Below are positions 48,219-59,358 of a DNA stretch of 64,000 nucleotides, piece after piece. Location of the stretch: assembly GCA_025594325.1 (NCBI GenBank), contig JANHCV010000001.1, positions 992,001-1,056,000 on the forward strand, read 5' to 3'. Position numbers and translations under genes: made by a program. This DNA is from Blastocladiella emersonii ATCC 22665. Lineage: Eukaryota; Fungi; Blastocladiomycota. Every line of letters starts with the position of its first letter. Position 1 is the stretch's first letter. A model generated the notes under the pieces. The model was given only the letters and a program-made list of their open reading frames with translations, did no database searches and had not been told where the DNA came from.

Positions 48219-48254
48219 CCGACACGCCTATTTCTCGAGAAATAGGCGTGTCGG
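48219..48254. repeat. Perfect 36-bp spacerless palindrome
   Basis: CCGACACGCCTATTTCTC|GAGAAATAGGCGTGTCGG. Confidence 0.95.
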
Positions 48255-48437
48255 CTTGCGGTGAACATCGCTCCACCGCACCGATTTTTATCGGTCCGCC
48301 CCTCCCCGCTGAAAACGCATCCTTGCATAGCATCTTCAAGCACTCCAAACCCCTGGATGAAAATCAGAGCTCCCTCACTCGATAGAAACGCAGTCTGTGG
48401 ATACATAAAAATCGATTCTGCGGTCCCCTGAAGAGCG

Positions 48438-48469
48438 AAAAAAAAAGCGCTGGGCGCGTCGCCCAGCGC
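48438..48469. repeat. 10-bp GC hairpin with 3-nt loop next to an A9 run
   Basis: A9 then GCGCTGGGCG-CGT-CGCCCAGCGC. On the minus strand this reads as a hairpin followed by T9. Confidence 0.8.
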
Positions 48470-49495
48470 GCGATTTGATTTCCAGTGAACTCAGTGTATT
48501 GTGAAGAAACACGCTCAAAACGGGTAGTCACTCACGCGCCGACGTGTTACCAGGAGCCGAATGCGCCAGCGCCTTAGTGTCTCGAGTTCCAGATTGGGTG
48601 AGTGATGGCGCGCGAGTCAGGAGGGCGAAACTGGAGCGGGTGTGTTGAGGCCTCTGTCAGCAGATCGTACTGAGCGTTGTTGGGCGGGAGCAAGAAAAAC
48701 GTACAGGGTGAGAAACCTCTAGGCCATGACGAAGCGGGCGCACTGAGTACTTGACTGAGCGGAGCCCATGGCCTACTGAGTTAGTGCGAGACGTACCGTA
48801 TTCCAACGCGTGGTCACTGCTTGAGCTTGGGCTGAAACGAGAGCATACGAGTTTCGGGCGAAGCTGTCAGGGACGTTGTTTACTCGAATCCGGACTGGAT
48901 GAGGCATGAAGTCGGTGAGAGCGGGGCAGCGACGTGCGCGACGGGTGGCGACGGCGGAGTGCGGGGCTGCGGCAGGCGGTGGACGGCGATGGCGGAGTGC
49001 GAGGCAGTGGGGTGTGAGATGCAGCGGGGAGTGCAAGGCAGCGACGGGCGGCGGGTGGCGATGGCGGTGCACGAGGGAGCGTCGGGCGGCGAGTGGCGAC
49101 AGCGCAGGTCGAGGCAGTACCGGTCGGACGGCAGATAGTCGGAGGCGCCAGCGGGGTGTGAGCGAACGGGAGCGAGGGCGAGTGGCGGGGGGCGAGGCGC
49201 ATTTGTAGCGGGGGCAAGCCACACGGGGCTGATCGAGCTCTGATGGCGAGCTGCAGCGCGCACGCGCGCGACCTGTCAAGCCCGTCACGGCCCCACCGCG
49301 CGTCCTTTGCGTTTCGCACGCGTGAGGTCGGCGTCGGTTGGGCGCGCCCCACTTCAAGCACACCCGCTCTCTCCTGTGAACACTCCCTGCACACACAAAA
49401 TATACCATGAAACGTTATACTGGATCAAATGAAATTCAAGTCTGCTGCACGGTGCCGCTCTGCGAATCGTGAGGACCAGGCGGTCAGCGCCATGA

Positions 49496-52400
49496 TCACC
49501 GCCCGCTCACCGTCCGCTTGCTCCGACGGAGAGGCTGCTTGGGCGGCGCGGGCTGCTCGGGCTCGGCGTCCTCCATCTCTTGGTCCTCCTCCTCGGCCGG
49601 GACCGTGCGACGGGCAGCGGCGCTCTTCTTGCTGCCGCTCGACTTCCCGCCGCCCTGCTTGCCGCCACCCGTGCTGCTGCGACCCGTCGAGCCAGCGTAC
49701 TCGGTAGCCGACGCGCCGGCGCGGCCATGCTTCCCGCCGGTCACGCTTGAGCGGGCACCCCCGCCCCGCACCTGGCTCTCGTCGCTGTCGCTGTCGCTGT
49801 TGCTGTCGCTGTCGCTGCTCGACTTGGCAATCTCGCTGTCGCTGTCGGACTCGGCAATCTCGGACGCGCGAGCGCCTGCTGCCGTGTGACGACGCTTGCG
49901 CGGTGGCTGCGCCTGCTCCTCGTCGTCGCCCTCGTCGTCGTCGCGGCCCTGCTCGACCTCCTCGTCATCCACATCTTCGTCGTCGCCGCGGGCCAGCTCG
50001 CTGCTGCTGCCACGACGACTCGGTGACGACGCGAACAGGCGACGCGTCGTCCCGGTCGTAGCGGGCGGCGGCAGCGGAGGGTGAGACGCCGCGAGTTGAG
50101 CCAAACGACGTGGCGAGAGCACGCCGTGCCCCATGACACGCGGAACCGCTGCGGCCGCCGCTTCCTGCGACACACCACGAGCCGACCGCGAATCACCGGC
50201 CGTGCGCGGGTTGCTGGGCGCCTGGGTGGTGGCTGGTTGAGTGGTGGTCACACGCTCGATCCGCTGCGCGAGCCACGAATTCGCGCCGCCTAAAAGTTGA
50301 GCGAGGGCGACCGAAGCGTCAGAATCTGGAACAATCGCGCCGCGTACATGCACAGCCACGAACGCACCCGCGCCAACACGTGTAGCTGTCCCACGCGCCG
50401 TCGATCCCGTACGCGCTGATCCCGCGCTGGACTGCGACTCGCCGCATGCACCACGGTCCGTCCCGTCGCTGCGCGGGCTGGCCGTCGGACGGGTTGTGGC
50501 TGGCAACGGCCTCGCGCGTCACGCGTGGGTCGCGCGGGTCGGCGTTCGTGTGCACAGGTGGCGGTGGTGGTGGAGAAGCTGCTGCGCACGACGCGGCACC
50601 CTTCTTGTCCTGCTTCTTCCCCTTACCCGAGGTGTTGGCCTTGACGAGGCACGTACGGCAGCGGTAGGCGCCGGTGAGCGAGGCGAGACTCGCAACCATG
50701 GCGAGCTTGGGCGCGTCACCCAGGACGTAGCCACAGCGGCCCACGAGCACGACCTTCTTGCCCTGCGGGTCGACGGCGAGGATGCCGCGCTCGACCTTGT
50801 CCTTGAAGTCGGCGATGATCTTCTGGGCGAGGTGCAGCGGCTCGACGCCCTTGGCCGCCGCGATGAACACACACGAGTCGGGGCAGTAGTTGATGGATGC
50901 GGGCACGTTGCCGAGGTGATACTGAGCGACCTCGAACTTGTTGTTGCGCTTCGACGTGTTGCCCATCGTCTCGTCGGCCCATTTGCCGATCACGATGGGC
51001 AGGACGGGGATACCGCCGTTCTCCATGGACAGCCGCCGCGCGTGATGGACCGCGTTTTCCTGGCGCTGGCGCTCCTGCAAGTAGACATTTTCCGAGCCAT
51101 GAACGTCGGGATCCCATTCTCCATACACGCGAGCACCCTGAACAAGTACGACGCGAGTGGAGTGAGTATTTAGGAGTTCGCGCGGCAAGCGAGCGTCGGC
51201 GCGTACTCGAACCACAAAGTCGAGCTCGTCGCCGTCGACCGTCGCATCAGGACGCGGATGCGGTTCATGCAGCCCGCACGGCGGGACGACGCGCTGATAC
51301 ACGAGCCAGAAGCGGTTGGCGTCCATGAGATCGCGCGGATCGAATTCCCCAGCGTCGCTGCGCAGCGCCTCGATCTGCTGTCGCTGCTGCCGCTGCCGCG
51401 GTTTCCCACGGCCACGCTTCTGCCGCTTCGGGCTCGGCGGGCGCTCGTCCTTGCGGAACTCGGTCACGATGTCGCACCGTCGCAAAAGCACGCGAACACG
51501 GGTCGGGTCGCCCTTGACGCGCTCGAGCGCGACGATACGGCCGAGGCGGCCCGAGAGACCAGGTACAGGCGCGCGCAGCATGACCACGTCGCCCACGAAG
51601 TAGGTGATGCCGCCGATCGACGTGTTGGCGGCCTTGTACCCGTAGAACAGCTCCTTGGCGCGCGGCGTGTCCATGAAGTTCTCGATCACGTCGGGGTCGG
51701 CGGAGGGCAGGAACTGGAGCTTCTCAAAGACGCCCGGGGTGGTGGCGACGAACGGCAGCGGCTCGCTGATTGGGATGATCGAGAACTCGCGTGCGCCGCG
51801 CATCGGGGCCGGGAAGTGCGCGAGACGCGGGCCAAATTCGACCTTGCGCAGCTTCTCCACCGAGTCCAGCGCTGGAACCGCGCTGCCGAGCTCGACAAGC
51901 TGCTTCGCGGTCCAGAGCGTCTTGCGTCGCAGCAGCCGGGTCATCGACGGATCAAGGTTCATAAGCCAATGCAAGAGAACGAGTTGCATGGTGACGAAGG
52001 GGAACCTGCGCTTGGGCTCCTGCACATTGCTAGAAGTCGGGGATGAGGAGGGCGGCGCCGTGGCAGTGGGGGTGGCGCCGCGATCTGCGCGCGCCAAACC
52101 GCGACGCGTGCGCGTGTCGGTCAGCTGATATTCCGACGCGTCTCACGCGTCTCGCAGCATGAACGCGTACGCACCTGCTTCACCCGGCACCGGCAGTTCG
52201 GAGGTAGACTCGGAAGAGGAGGAATCACACAGGCCGGAAAAGGTGTCGCTATTTCACTGCGCGTGTCGTTGAACGTCTCGCCGCCCGCGTTGCTGCTCGA
52301 CTCGTTGTGCGAGCCACTGTCCGAATGCGATACCATTTGAGCGGCGGGCACCGCATCCAAGGGGTGCGTGATGTCAAACTGCGTCGCATCAAGCTGTTCA

Positions 52401-52910
52401 TACAGGTTGGGTAGAGCTGGCACAAAAACCGCAGGAACTGCAAGTGGCGACGCGGGCACGTCAGGCTCGAAGCCTACGCCATGCGGGGACGGACGAGCTG
52501 GCACAGGGATCGTCACCGCCGAGCCACCGTTGGCCAAGTAGGCGTTGTTGACCTTGGTCGAGTAAGTCGTGATCGTCTCAGAGGCCTCGTAGGTGATCAT
52601 CTACGCGGCGGTAGTCAGTTTTCATCATCATAATGGATTCGTTGTTGCGCGCTCGAACCCATTCCGCTGGGATGTCATAGTGGCTGTGTTCCTCGCGGAG
52701 GATCCGCGCTTCCTCCGACGCAGTGAAATCTTCATGCCATTCGTCATCGTGCAGCACTTGAACAGCAGCAACATCGTCAACGACGCGGCCTGCTTCCAGC
52801 TCGCGCTGGACGTGCAGCACGAAGTTTTCAGAGTGCTTTACCGACCTCCGATGTCGACCGAGTGCACTTGGGCTCTCAAAGGTCCTTCCATCGCATACGA
52901 TGCACTGGAA
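49496..52910 (-). mobile_element. Degenerate CMC/CACTA-like (Plavaka/Transposase_21-related) transposase gene: C2H2 finger, BAH-like region, truncated catalytic core, acidic tail
   Basis: FQCIVCDGRTFESPSALGRHRRSVKH at ~52830-52910. TYFVGDVVML...LGRIVALE. Core PIVIGKWADETMGNTSKRNNKFEVAQYHLGNVP...GILAVDP...VLGDAPK...GAYRCRTC, similar to the fungal D(D/E)xxGNxSKxxNK...GDxP...CRxC family. Frames break at ~52600, ~52100 and ~50350. Confidence 0.7.
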
Positions 52911-53399
52911 CTGTAGGATTAGGTGGTATCCACGTCAGCTACGCTGGCACTCGAGTTTGCATGTAGTCAACGCAACCGTTTTCTTCATGGTAATGTGATC
53001 CAGTATCTGCCAGGGAGCGTTGCTCGAACAAGAAAAATGATTTATTCTGACATTTTATTCAAGTGGGAGACCTGGTGTGTTAGTTTTATGTGGGCTGTGG
53101 GAGACAGGTTGGGTGAACATCGGTCAAGCGGAGAGGTGAAAATCGGCCAAGCCCCTCGGGTCGATTTTCACCCCAAGCCCATCCGCAGGCGTGTCTCGTT
53201 TTTGCTCGCCTTCCTGCTGTTGAGCTGGATTAAGTCGACTACGGACGTGGCGGAGATAGCTGAAGGTCGCTGAACGGATCGTTGTTCAAGTTGCGGGAGC
53301 GACTCCTTGTGCAGCGAGTTGAGATCAAGCGCGCACAAACACGAACTGGCTCGAGTGATGGTGGCTTTGATCGAGCGCTAGCGCGACTTGATTATGGGC

Positions 53400-54700
53400 G
53401 CCGATTACTCTCAACATCGCCTCAATGCAGCATACGCGCACGTAGCGCGTAGTTCCAGCGCGCTCAAGGCAACCGAGGTAGAATTTGTGACAGACGCGTC
53501 AAGGCGAGCCACTCGCTCATAACAGCATGCTGGTGTTCTGAATGAGCCAAAAATAAAGCAGTCGGCGATCGTGAACTAATAACAGAATGTATCATGCACA
53601 ACGAATGCACGCGAAGACTCGATCTCGACTAAACGCGTCGATTTTCTGCTAAGAACGCGACCAACGATGATTCCGTTCGCGTCGCACGCTATGAGCCAGC
53701 TCGAGACCTCGCGTGAGCTCGCCTCCTTGGGCACGGAACAACAGAGCTCGGATGAAGCGGATCTATGGTGGAAGGATCGCGAAAGGTCGACGCGAGTTAC
53801 GGTGCCACGGGATGTCGTTGACAGCGACACGAGACACTCTAGTAGCGCAGATGGATGGATATCGTGTACGTCTTGATGCGCGCATGAGCGGAGCGCTTTG
53901 TCTCGCTCTTGTTCGCCTGATGAAAGTTGCTGATGGAGCGATCCTCATCGTCGTGCGAAACCCCGGAGAACGTGAGGATTGTCAAAATTGTACTGACGCA
54001 CGCCCGTCGGTGGAAAGCTAGCATCAACGGTTCCAACCGCGGTCGCGACGGTTTGCTCAGCCGACTTTCTCTCGCCTCCAGTTGCTCGGCAGACCTCGAC
54101 AAGGAGTTTTTAGTGAATCGATAACACGTTTCGCCGCTGTGCAGGTAGCAGGGGTCGAGGTAAGAAGCGGCCAGCAGCGCAGCAGATGAGCCGCGCGTGA
54201 TTGCGCTGGAGCAAAGCCAGATGTGCGCTTCGCTCGTGATGAAATTCGCATCCCACGCCACCGAAACAGAGATACCGCGTAACCGCTCTTCGCGAGGGTC
54301 TAAGCGACTTCGTTGCACAACCCTCGCTTGGCACGACGTCCCTTGGCAAGTGAACAGGACGCGAGGGGTCGCCGGGCGGGCACAACGGCGGTATAGTGGC
54401 AGCAACGGCGGTCAAGAAAAACGAGTTTTTCGACACAAGGGGAAGAACTAGAACACAAATAGCGTATCCTTTAAGCGTGCGTCACCACGGGAAACAAGGC
54501 ACTGAAAGGCCCAGGTACCGTGAAAGCGTCCCACAACACGCTGCTCCACTCGGCGAGCTCGCCTCAGCAGCACTTGTGCAGTAGCAAGAGCAGAGTGCAA
54601 AAGCGGTGCCAGCGGAACACTCAAGTCAACGGCCGAGTCGAGCACAGCACGTCGCCGTGCGAGCGCCACCCAAAGGCGCCGAGGTGGGACAGGACCGGCG
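53400..54700 (-). mobile_element. Lower-GC decayed coding-like segment, possibly a hAT transposase remnant
   Basis: The only hint is AALLAASYLDPCYL (cf. hAT AxxxLDPRY) in ORF 53839..54405. Many stops. Confidence 0.25.
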
Positions 54701-54894
54701 TGTTGTCGATTTCATAATTTATGGAATCCATTGCATAGAGTAAATGAGCTTCATTGAAGAAGGAGAGCAAACGGGAGGGGAGCGGAGCGGAAGCGAGAGC
54801 CGAAGCGAAGTGGCGCAGCGCGACACGGGGAGTGATGTCATTGAGAAAAGTGTGACTGGAACGTGACGAGCGTCAAAACGAAATCGCAGCGCCT

Positions 54895-54937
54895 ATAGCT
54901 TGGGCAAAGCCCCGCATAGCTTGGGCAAAGCCCCGCA
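54895..54937 (+). repeat. Tandem 21-bp duplication containing a 17-bp motif that is inverted at 47999-48015
   Basis: ATAGCTTGGGCAAAGCCCCGC x2. TTGGGCAAAGCCCCGCA is the reverse complement of TGCGGGGCTTTGCCCAA at 47999-48015. Confidence 0.85.
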
Positions 54938-55076
54938 ATGGCAAGTCGGGCCTCCCGACATCGTGTCTCCCATCCCGCACGAGAATGCAATGAAGCACTT
55001 GAATACATTCCTTTCGTCTTCGTGTAACCGCTTTCTGGCCTCCTGATCTGCCGCTTCAGGGGAGCCCCGCCCCGCC

Positions 55077-57539
55077 ATGCCCGAGTCGACCAACATGGAC
55101 GCACAACCACCGCCGCCGCCGAGAGACCCGCTGCCCGATCCGCACGATGAAGACGGTGATGATGATGGATCCATGTCGGCGTCACATGAGTCCCTGCGCG
55201 ACGCGCTCTACGGCGCCGCGTCCAAATCGCCGACCTCGTGCAACGTGCGCGCGGCGTACGAGGACCTGATCCAGCAGTACTACGCGCTAGTCACGCGCGG
55301 GTGCGCGCGGCGGCACGACCGCGACGCCGTGGACCACTCGCCGCTGTGCGGCATGTACCTCAACCGGTACCAGCACGGCCGCGACGAGATCAACCTGCCC
55401 GTGACCTCGCGGCTCTCGGTCGTACTGGCGACGCTCGGCCCGCGCCACCTGTGTCCCGTCCCGGGGTCGCCGAGGGACGACGCGGCGGGCCCCGCGTGCC
55501 GCAACCCGCTCCACGAGCACGCGTGGTCGGGCGACGACCTCCCGCCGTCGTACCGCCGCGGGTGGGACCATTTCGGTGACGCCGAGGTCGCCGCGCTCGT
55601 CAACGGGTATCTCGCGCAGCTGCGGTCGCCGGCCCCGTCGCCCGTCGCCGTGTCCGACGGCGCGCCGTTTGACTGGGACGCGTTCCTCTCGATGAAGAGC
55701 TTACGCGCCCTTCTCATCCCCGCGGCGTCCACCACCTCCAACGACGCGATCCCGGGCTTTGATCTCGAGCACCTGCACCGCCTCGCCCTGCGGTGGGGCG
55801 ATTCGCGTCCCTCGCTGGTGGGCGCGTGGACCAACACGCTGGGCCTGTTCCAGCTGGGCCTCGAGTCGCTGCGCGCCGAGTCGGTTCCGGTGCTGCTCGC
55901 CTTTTTCTTCACGTGGACCGCGATGCCGCTGACGGCGAGCTCGACGGCGCTGGCGACCGAGCACCCGCCGGCGCCGAGCCACTTGACGGCGACCGCGTGC
56001 GACATTCTGCACCGCGCGCCGCCGTCGCTGTACCCGGTGATCGCGAAGTGGCTGATCCACTGCGGCGGCGTGCCGCACCGCGCGCAGGGCCGGGCGGCGC
56101 TCGAGCGGATGCTGACGCTGCTGCACGACGCGATCGCCGACTGGATCACAGACCTGTGCGAGGCGGTCGAGCCCGAGGCGGCCTTCTGCATCAAGACGCT
56201 CAAGATCCTCGACACGGTCAACCGGAAGTACGACCTGGTCCCGCTCTCGGCCTTCTACCACCCGGAGATCAACGACTACCTGTCGGTGCGCGACGACTAC
56301 CTGCGGTGGAAGTCGCCGGCGTCGGGCGACCTCGCCATGGCCAAGTACCCGTTCCTCCTGACGCCCGCGACGAAAGCCGAGGTGCTGCGCGTCGAGTCGA
56401 CGGTGCACATGCGGCACGAGCTGCAGGCGACTTTCTTCCGGTCCATGTTCGTCGGCGTGCAGTCGCCGTACCTGGACCTGACCGTGAGCCGCGGCTCGGC
56501 GCTGCGCGACACGCTGGTGCAGCTCGCCGCGGTCCCCTCGGCGCGCGACCTGCGCAAGCAGCTGCGGGTGCGGTTCGTCGGCGAGCCGGGCGTCGACGAG
56601 GGCGGCGTGCAGCGCGAGCTGCTGCAGCTGGTGACGCGCGACCTGTTTGCGCCCGAGTACGGCATGTTCGTGACGCACGATGCGGGCGCCGCGCGCGGCG
56701 TGGTGTGGTTCCGGTGGGCGCCCGAGTACGACGCGGCGGCGCTCGACGAGTACGAGCTGGTGGGCAAGCTGGTCGGGATCGCCCTGTACAACTCGATCCC
56801 GCTGCCCGTGCGGTTCCCGCTCGCCGTGTACAAGAAGCTGGTCGGCGAGCCGCTCGCGCTGCGCGACCTGGCCGAGGTCGACCCAGACCTCGCGCGCGGG
56901 CTCGAGACGCTGGCCGCGTTCGAGGGTGACGTCGCCGACGCGTACTGCCGCGCGTTCACGGTCGACCTCGAGGCGCTCGGCGTGGCGCGGACGTTCGACT
57001 TGGTACCCGGCGGCGCGCAGGTCGAGCTGACCAACGCGAACCGGCTCGAGTACATTGCGCGGGCCGTCGACTTTTACCTGAACCGGGCCGTCGAGTCGCC
57101 GTTCGCCGCGTTCCGGCGCGGGTTCGACACGGTGACGGGCGAGTCGTCGGTGCGGCACCTGTTCCGCGGCGAGGAGCTGATGCAGGTGGTGGCGGGGACG
57201 CCCGACCTCGATTTCGACGCCCTCGAGGCGCAGACCGTGTACGACGGGTACGCCGACGATGCGCCCGTGGTCGGGCACTTTTGGCGCGTGGTGCGCGGCA
57301 TGACGCCGGCCGAGCAGCGCCGGCTCCTCTTCTTCGCGACGGGGTCGGACCGCGCGCCCGCGGGCGGGCTCGGCCGCCTCCACTTTGTCATCATGCGCCA
57401 GGGCAGCGACGCCGACCGGCTCCCCTCGGCCCACACGTGCTTCAACGTCCTGATGCTGCCCGAGTACGCGTCCGAGGCGGCGCTCGCGGAGAAGCTCCGG
57501 CTCGCGATTGCCAACGCCGAGGGGTTTGGGCTCATGTAA
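55077..57539 (+). CDS. HECT E3 ubiquitin ligase (UBE3A/HECTD2/Hul4-like), single exon, 820 aa
   Basis: KYPFLLTPATKAEVL; YLDLTVSRGSAL; DLRKQLRVRFVGEPGVDEGGVQRELLQL; ELVGKLVGIALYN; catalytic RLPSAHTCFNVLMLPEY...AIANAEGFGLM. Confidence 0.93.
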   Translation: MPESTNMDAQPPPPPRDPLPDPHDEDGDDDGSMSASHESLRDALYGAASKSPTSCNVRAAYEDLIQQYYALVTRGCARRHDRDAVDHSPLCGMYLNRYQHGRDEINLPVTSRLSVVLATLGPRHLCPVPGSPRDDAAGPACRNPLHEHAWSGDDLPPSYRRGWDHFGDAEVAALVNGYLAQLRSPAPSPVAVSDGAPFDWDAFLSMKSLRALLIPAASTTSNDAIPGFDLEHLHRLALRWGDSRPSLVGAWTNTLGLFQLGLESLRAESVPVLLAFFFTWTAMPLTASSTALATEHPPAPSHLTATACDILHRAPPSLYPVIAKWLIHCGGVPHRAQGRAALERMLTLLHDAIADWITDLCEAVEPEAAFCIKTLKILDTVNRKYDLVPLSAFYHPEINDYLSVRDDYLRWKSPASGDLAMAKYPFLLTPATKAEVLRVESTVHMRHELQATFFRSMFVGVQSPYLDLTVSRGSALRDTLVQLAAVPSARDLRKQLRVRFVGEPGVDEGGVQRELLQLVTRDLFAPEYGMFVTHDAGAARGVVWFRWAPEYDAAALDEYELVGKLVGIALYNSIPLPVRFPLAVYKKLVGEPLALRDLAEVDPDLARGLETLAAFEGDVADAYCRAFTVDLEALGVARTFDLVPGGAQVELTNANRLEYIARAVDFYLNRAVESPFAAFRRGFDTVTGESSVRHLFRGEELMQVVAGTPDLDFDALEAQTVYDGYADDAPVVGHFWRVVRGMTPAEQRRLLFFATGSDRAPAGGLGRLHFVIMRQGSDADRLPSAHTCFNVLMLPEYASEAALAEKLRLAIANAEGFGLM

Positions 57540-57916
57540 ATATGATACACGGTGTGAGACAAATGTGCGAGACACGGTCACGCGAAAGTCACGCGGGTGG
57601 CGCTGCGACGCGTTTGGGGCGGGCCGATCGCGTGCCGATCGCGGTGCTGCGCAAGGATCAGCGTGAGACCGCCGCCGCCGCCGCCGCCGGCTGCGCAAGG
57701 AGCCTTGCGGCCGCATAGGGAAGGTGTTCGAACGGCGCGGCGCGGTGCGGTCTCAGGCAGGGAGGGGGTTCCACGCCTTCCGCTTCCATCGGCCGTGGCC
57801 ACGAGCGGTCTCGAGCGGCTCGCTCGGTCCCTTCTCTCTCCTCGTGCTTGCCCTCGCTCGCAACGAATCAAAAACTCTGCAACAGCACCGACCACACACA
57901 CACGAATACACACACC

Positions 57917-59085
57917 ATGCTCCGCGCCACCGAGATCCAGCGCGAGCCGACGCTCGAGGCGACGACGCCGCTCGGCGCGATCCCCGGCACGTCGCCGCAG
58001 CGCGGCTCGACCATCGACCCGACCATCTCGTCGTACGCGACGGCCATGTCGGGCAGCAGCCCTGGGGGGTCGAGCATCCTGCCGCCGTCGTCGGTCGTGA
58101 CGAACCCGCTGCCCGTGGTCGACATGGTTCCCGCGGGCGCACTGCCCATCCACGCGACCAAGACGGTCTCGACGGGGTCCGACCTCGGCCCTGGCGGCAC
58201 CGCCAGCAGCTACGGCGAGACGATCCAGTCGCCGCACCGCCACCACTCGGTCCATCATCACCACGCGCATCACGGCGCCGACCCGGCGGGGATCCTCGCG
58301 CCGTCGGTCGAGGCCATGACGCTCGAGGAGCGCCGCGCCGCGGCCGAGGCGGGCGCCGTGGTCACGGACCGGACGACGACGGTCGTCGAGACCACCACGG
58401 CCACCACGGCCGAGGGCGGCGGCGGCGGGATGATGGCGGCCACGGCGCCGATCCCCATTGAGGGCGCGCCGGCCGCCGCGGGCATCGAGTCGCACGCGCG
58501 CACGCTGACGGGCGCCGAGCTCGCGAACCGCCTCGGCCGCCGCCTGATCGTGCTCGCCATGGACGACAGCACCGCGTCGCAGGTGGCGCTCGCGTGGACG
58601 CTCAAGCAGGTACGCTCGCACTCCCTTACTGTGACCATTAACCGACTCGGACACTCACACACTACCCCCAACCGTAGATGATCCACCCGGAGCGCGACCA
58701 CATGGTGATCGTGACGGTCGGGTCGTACAAGACGGCGGGCCTGCTGACGACCAACGAGGAGAAGACGGCCAAGCGCGAGATCAAGGCCGAGTCGCGCGCG
58801 CAGCGCATCGTCGACTACGCCGCCGCGCACGTGGCCGAGTTTGTGCGCACCATGGGCGTGCCGCTGTCGTTCGAGCTCGTGACGCTCAAGGCCGCCGACG
58901 GCGACGTGCGCGACGTGCTTTTGGACTACGTGCGTGACATTGGCGCGAATTTGCTCGTCCTTGGTGCCCATTCCACGGGCGCTGTCAAGCGCGCCATCTT
59001 GGGTTCCACGAGCGGCTATTGCCTGCACCACGCGTCCGTTCCGGTGATCATCGTCAAGGAGGACGGCGGCGTCAAGGCCGCGTGA
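57917..59085 (+). CDS. Universal stress protein (USP) domain protein with a long low-complexity N-terminus, 2 exons
   Basis: RLIVLAMDDSTASQVALAWTLKQ|MIHPERDHMVIVTV...GDVRDVLLDYV...LLVLGAHSTGAVKRAILGSTSGYCLHHASVPVIIVK. Intron GTACGC...CCGTAG(58677). Confidence 0.88.
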
Positions 59086-59358
59086 GCGCGTCCGCGTCGT
59101 CGCTGTGACGCGGTTGTCGCGCGAGAGAGTCCAGTTGTATCATCTACGTTGTTGTGCCCTTCCCATCGTTTGTTCATCCCATGCATGCAGTTCTCAATCG
59201 ACCACGAAGACGCGATGCGTGACGCGCGACGCGAAGCGTGGTGGCGCAAGCGGCTGCGAGGTGAGGCGAAGCGCGTGTCCTCAAGGCTCCCGCTCTCCAC
59301 CGCCAACCCCGCTTCCATGAATCTTGCTCAGTGAGGCCTCTCCCAGCTTGCTGCAACC

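Noticed and set aside
48438-48480. Bacterial rho-independent terminator or Helitron 3' end
   Set aside because: The context is eukaryotic with no upstream bacterial-type gene, and there is no CTRR a short distance after the hairpin on either strand.
48773-48830. hAT transposase from TTRWNT (and ERLERLAFINIE at ~31490-31520)
   Set aside because: These are isolated short motifs in stop-riddled frames with no supporting neighbours, so they are too weak to call.
54895-54937. CRISPR-like array
   Set aside because: Only two abutting 21-bp copies, no spacers, no cas genes, and a eukaryotic genome.
6402-57716. Very long ORFs such as 6402..9506(+), 23362..25332(-), 34954..36483(+), 36803..38668(-), 39551..41626(+) and 55701..57716(-)
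   Set aside because: They lie antisense or off-frame to recognisable genes and are Arg/Gly/Ala-rich, as expected from stop-codon scarcity at high GC with strong third-position bias.
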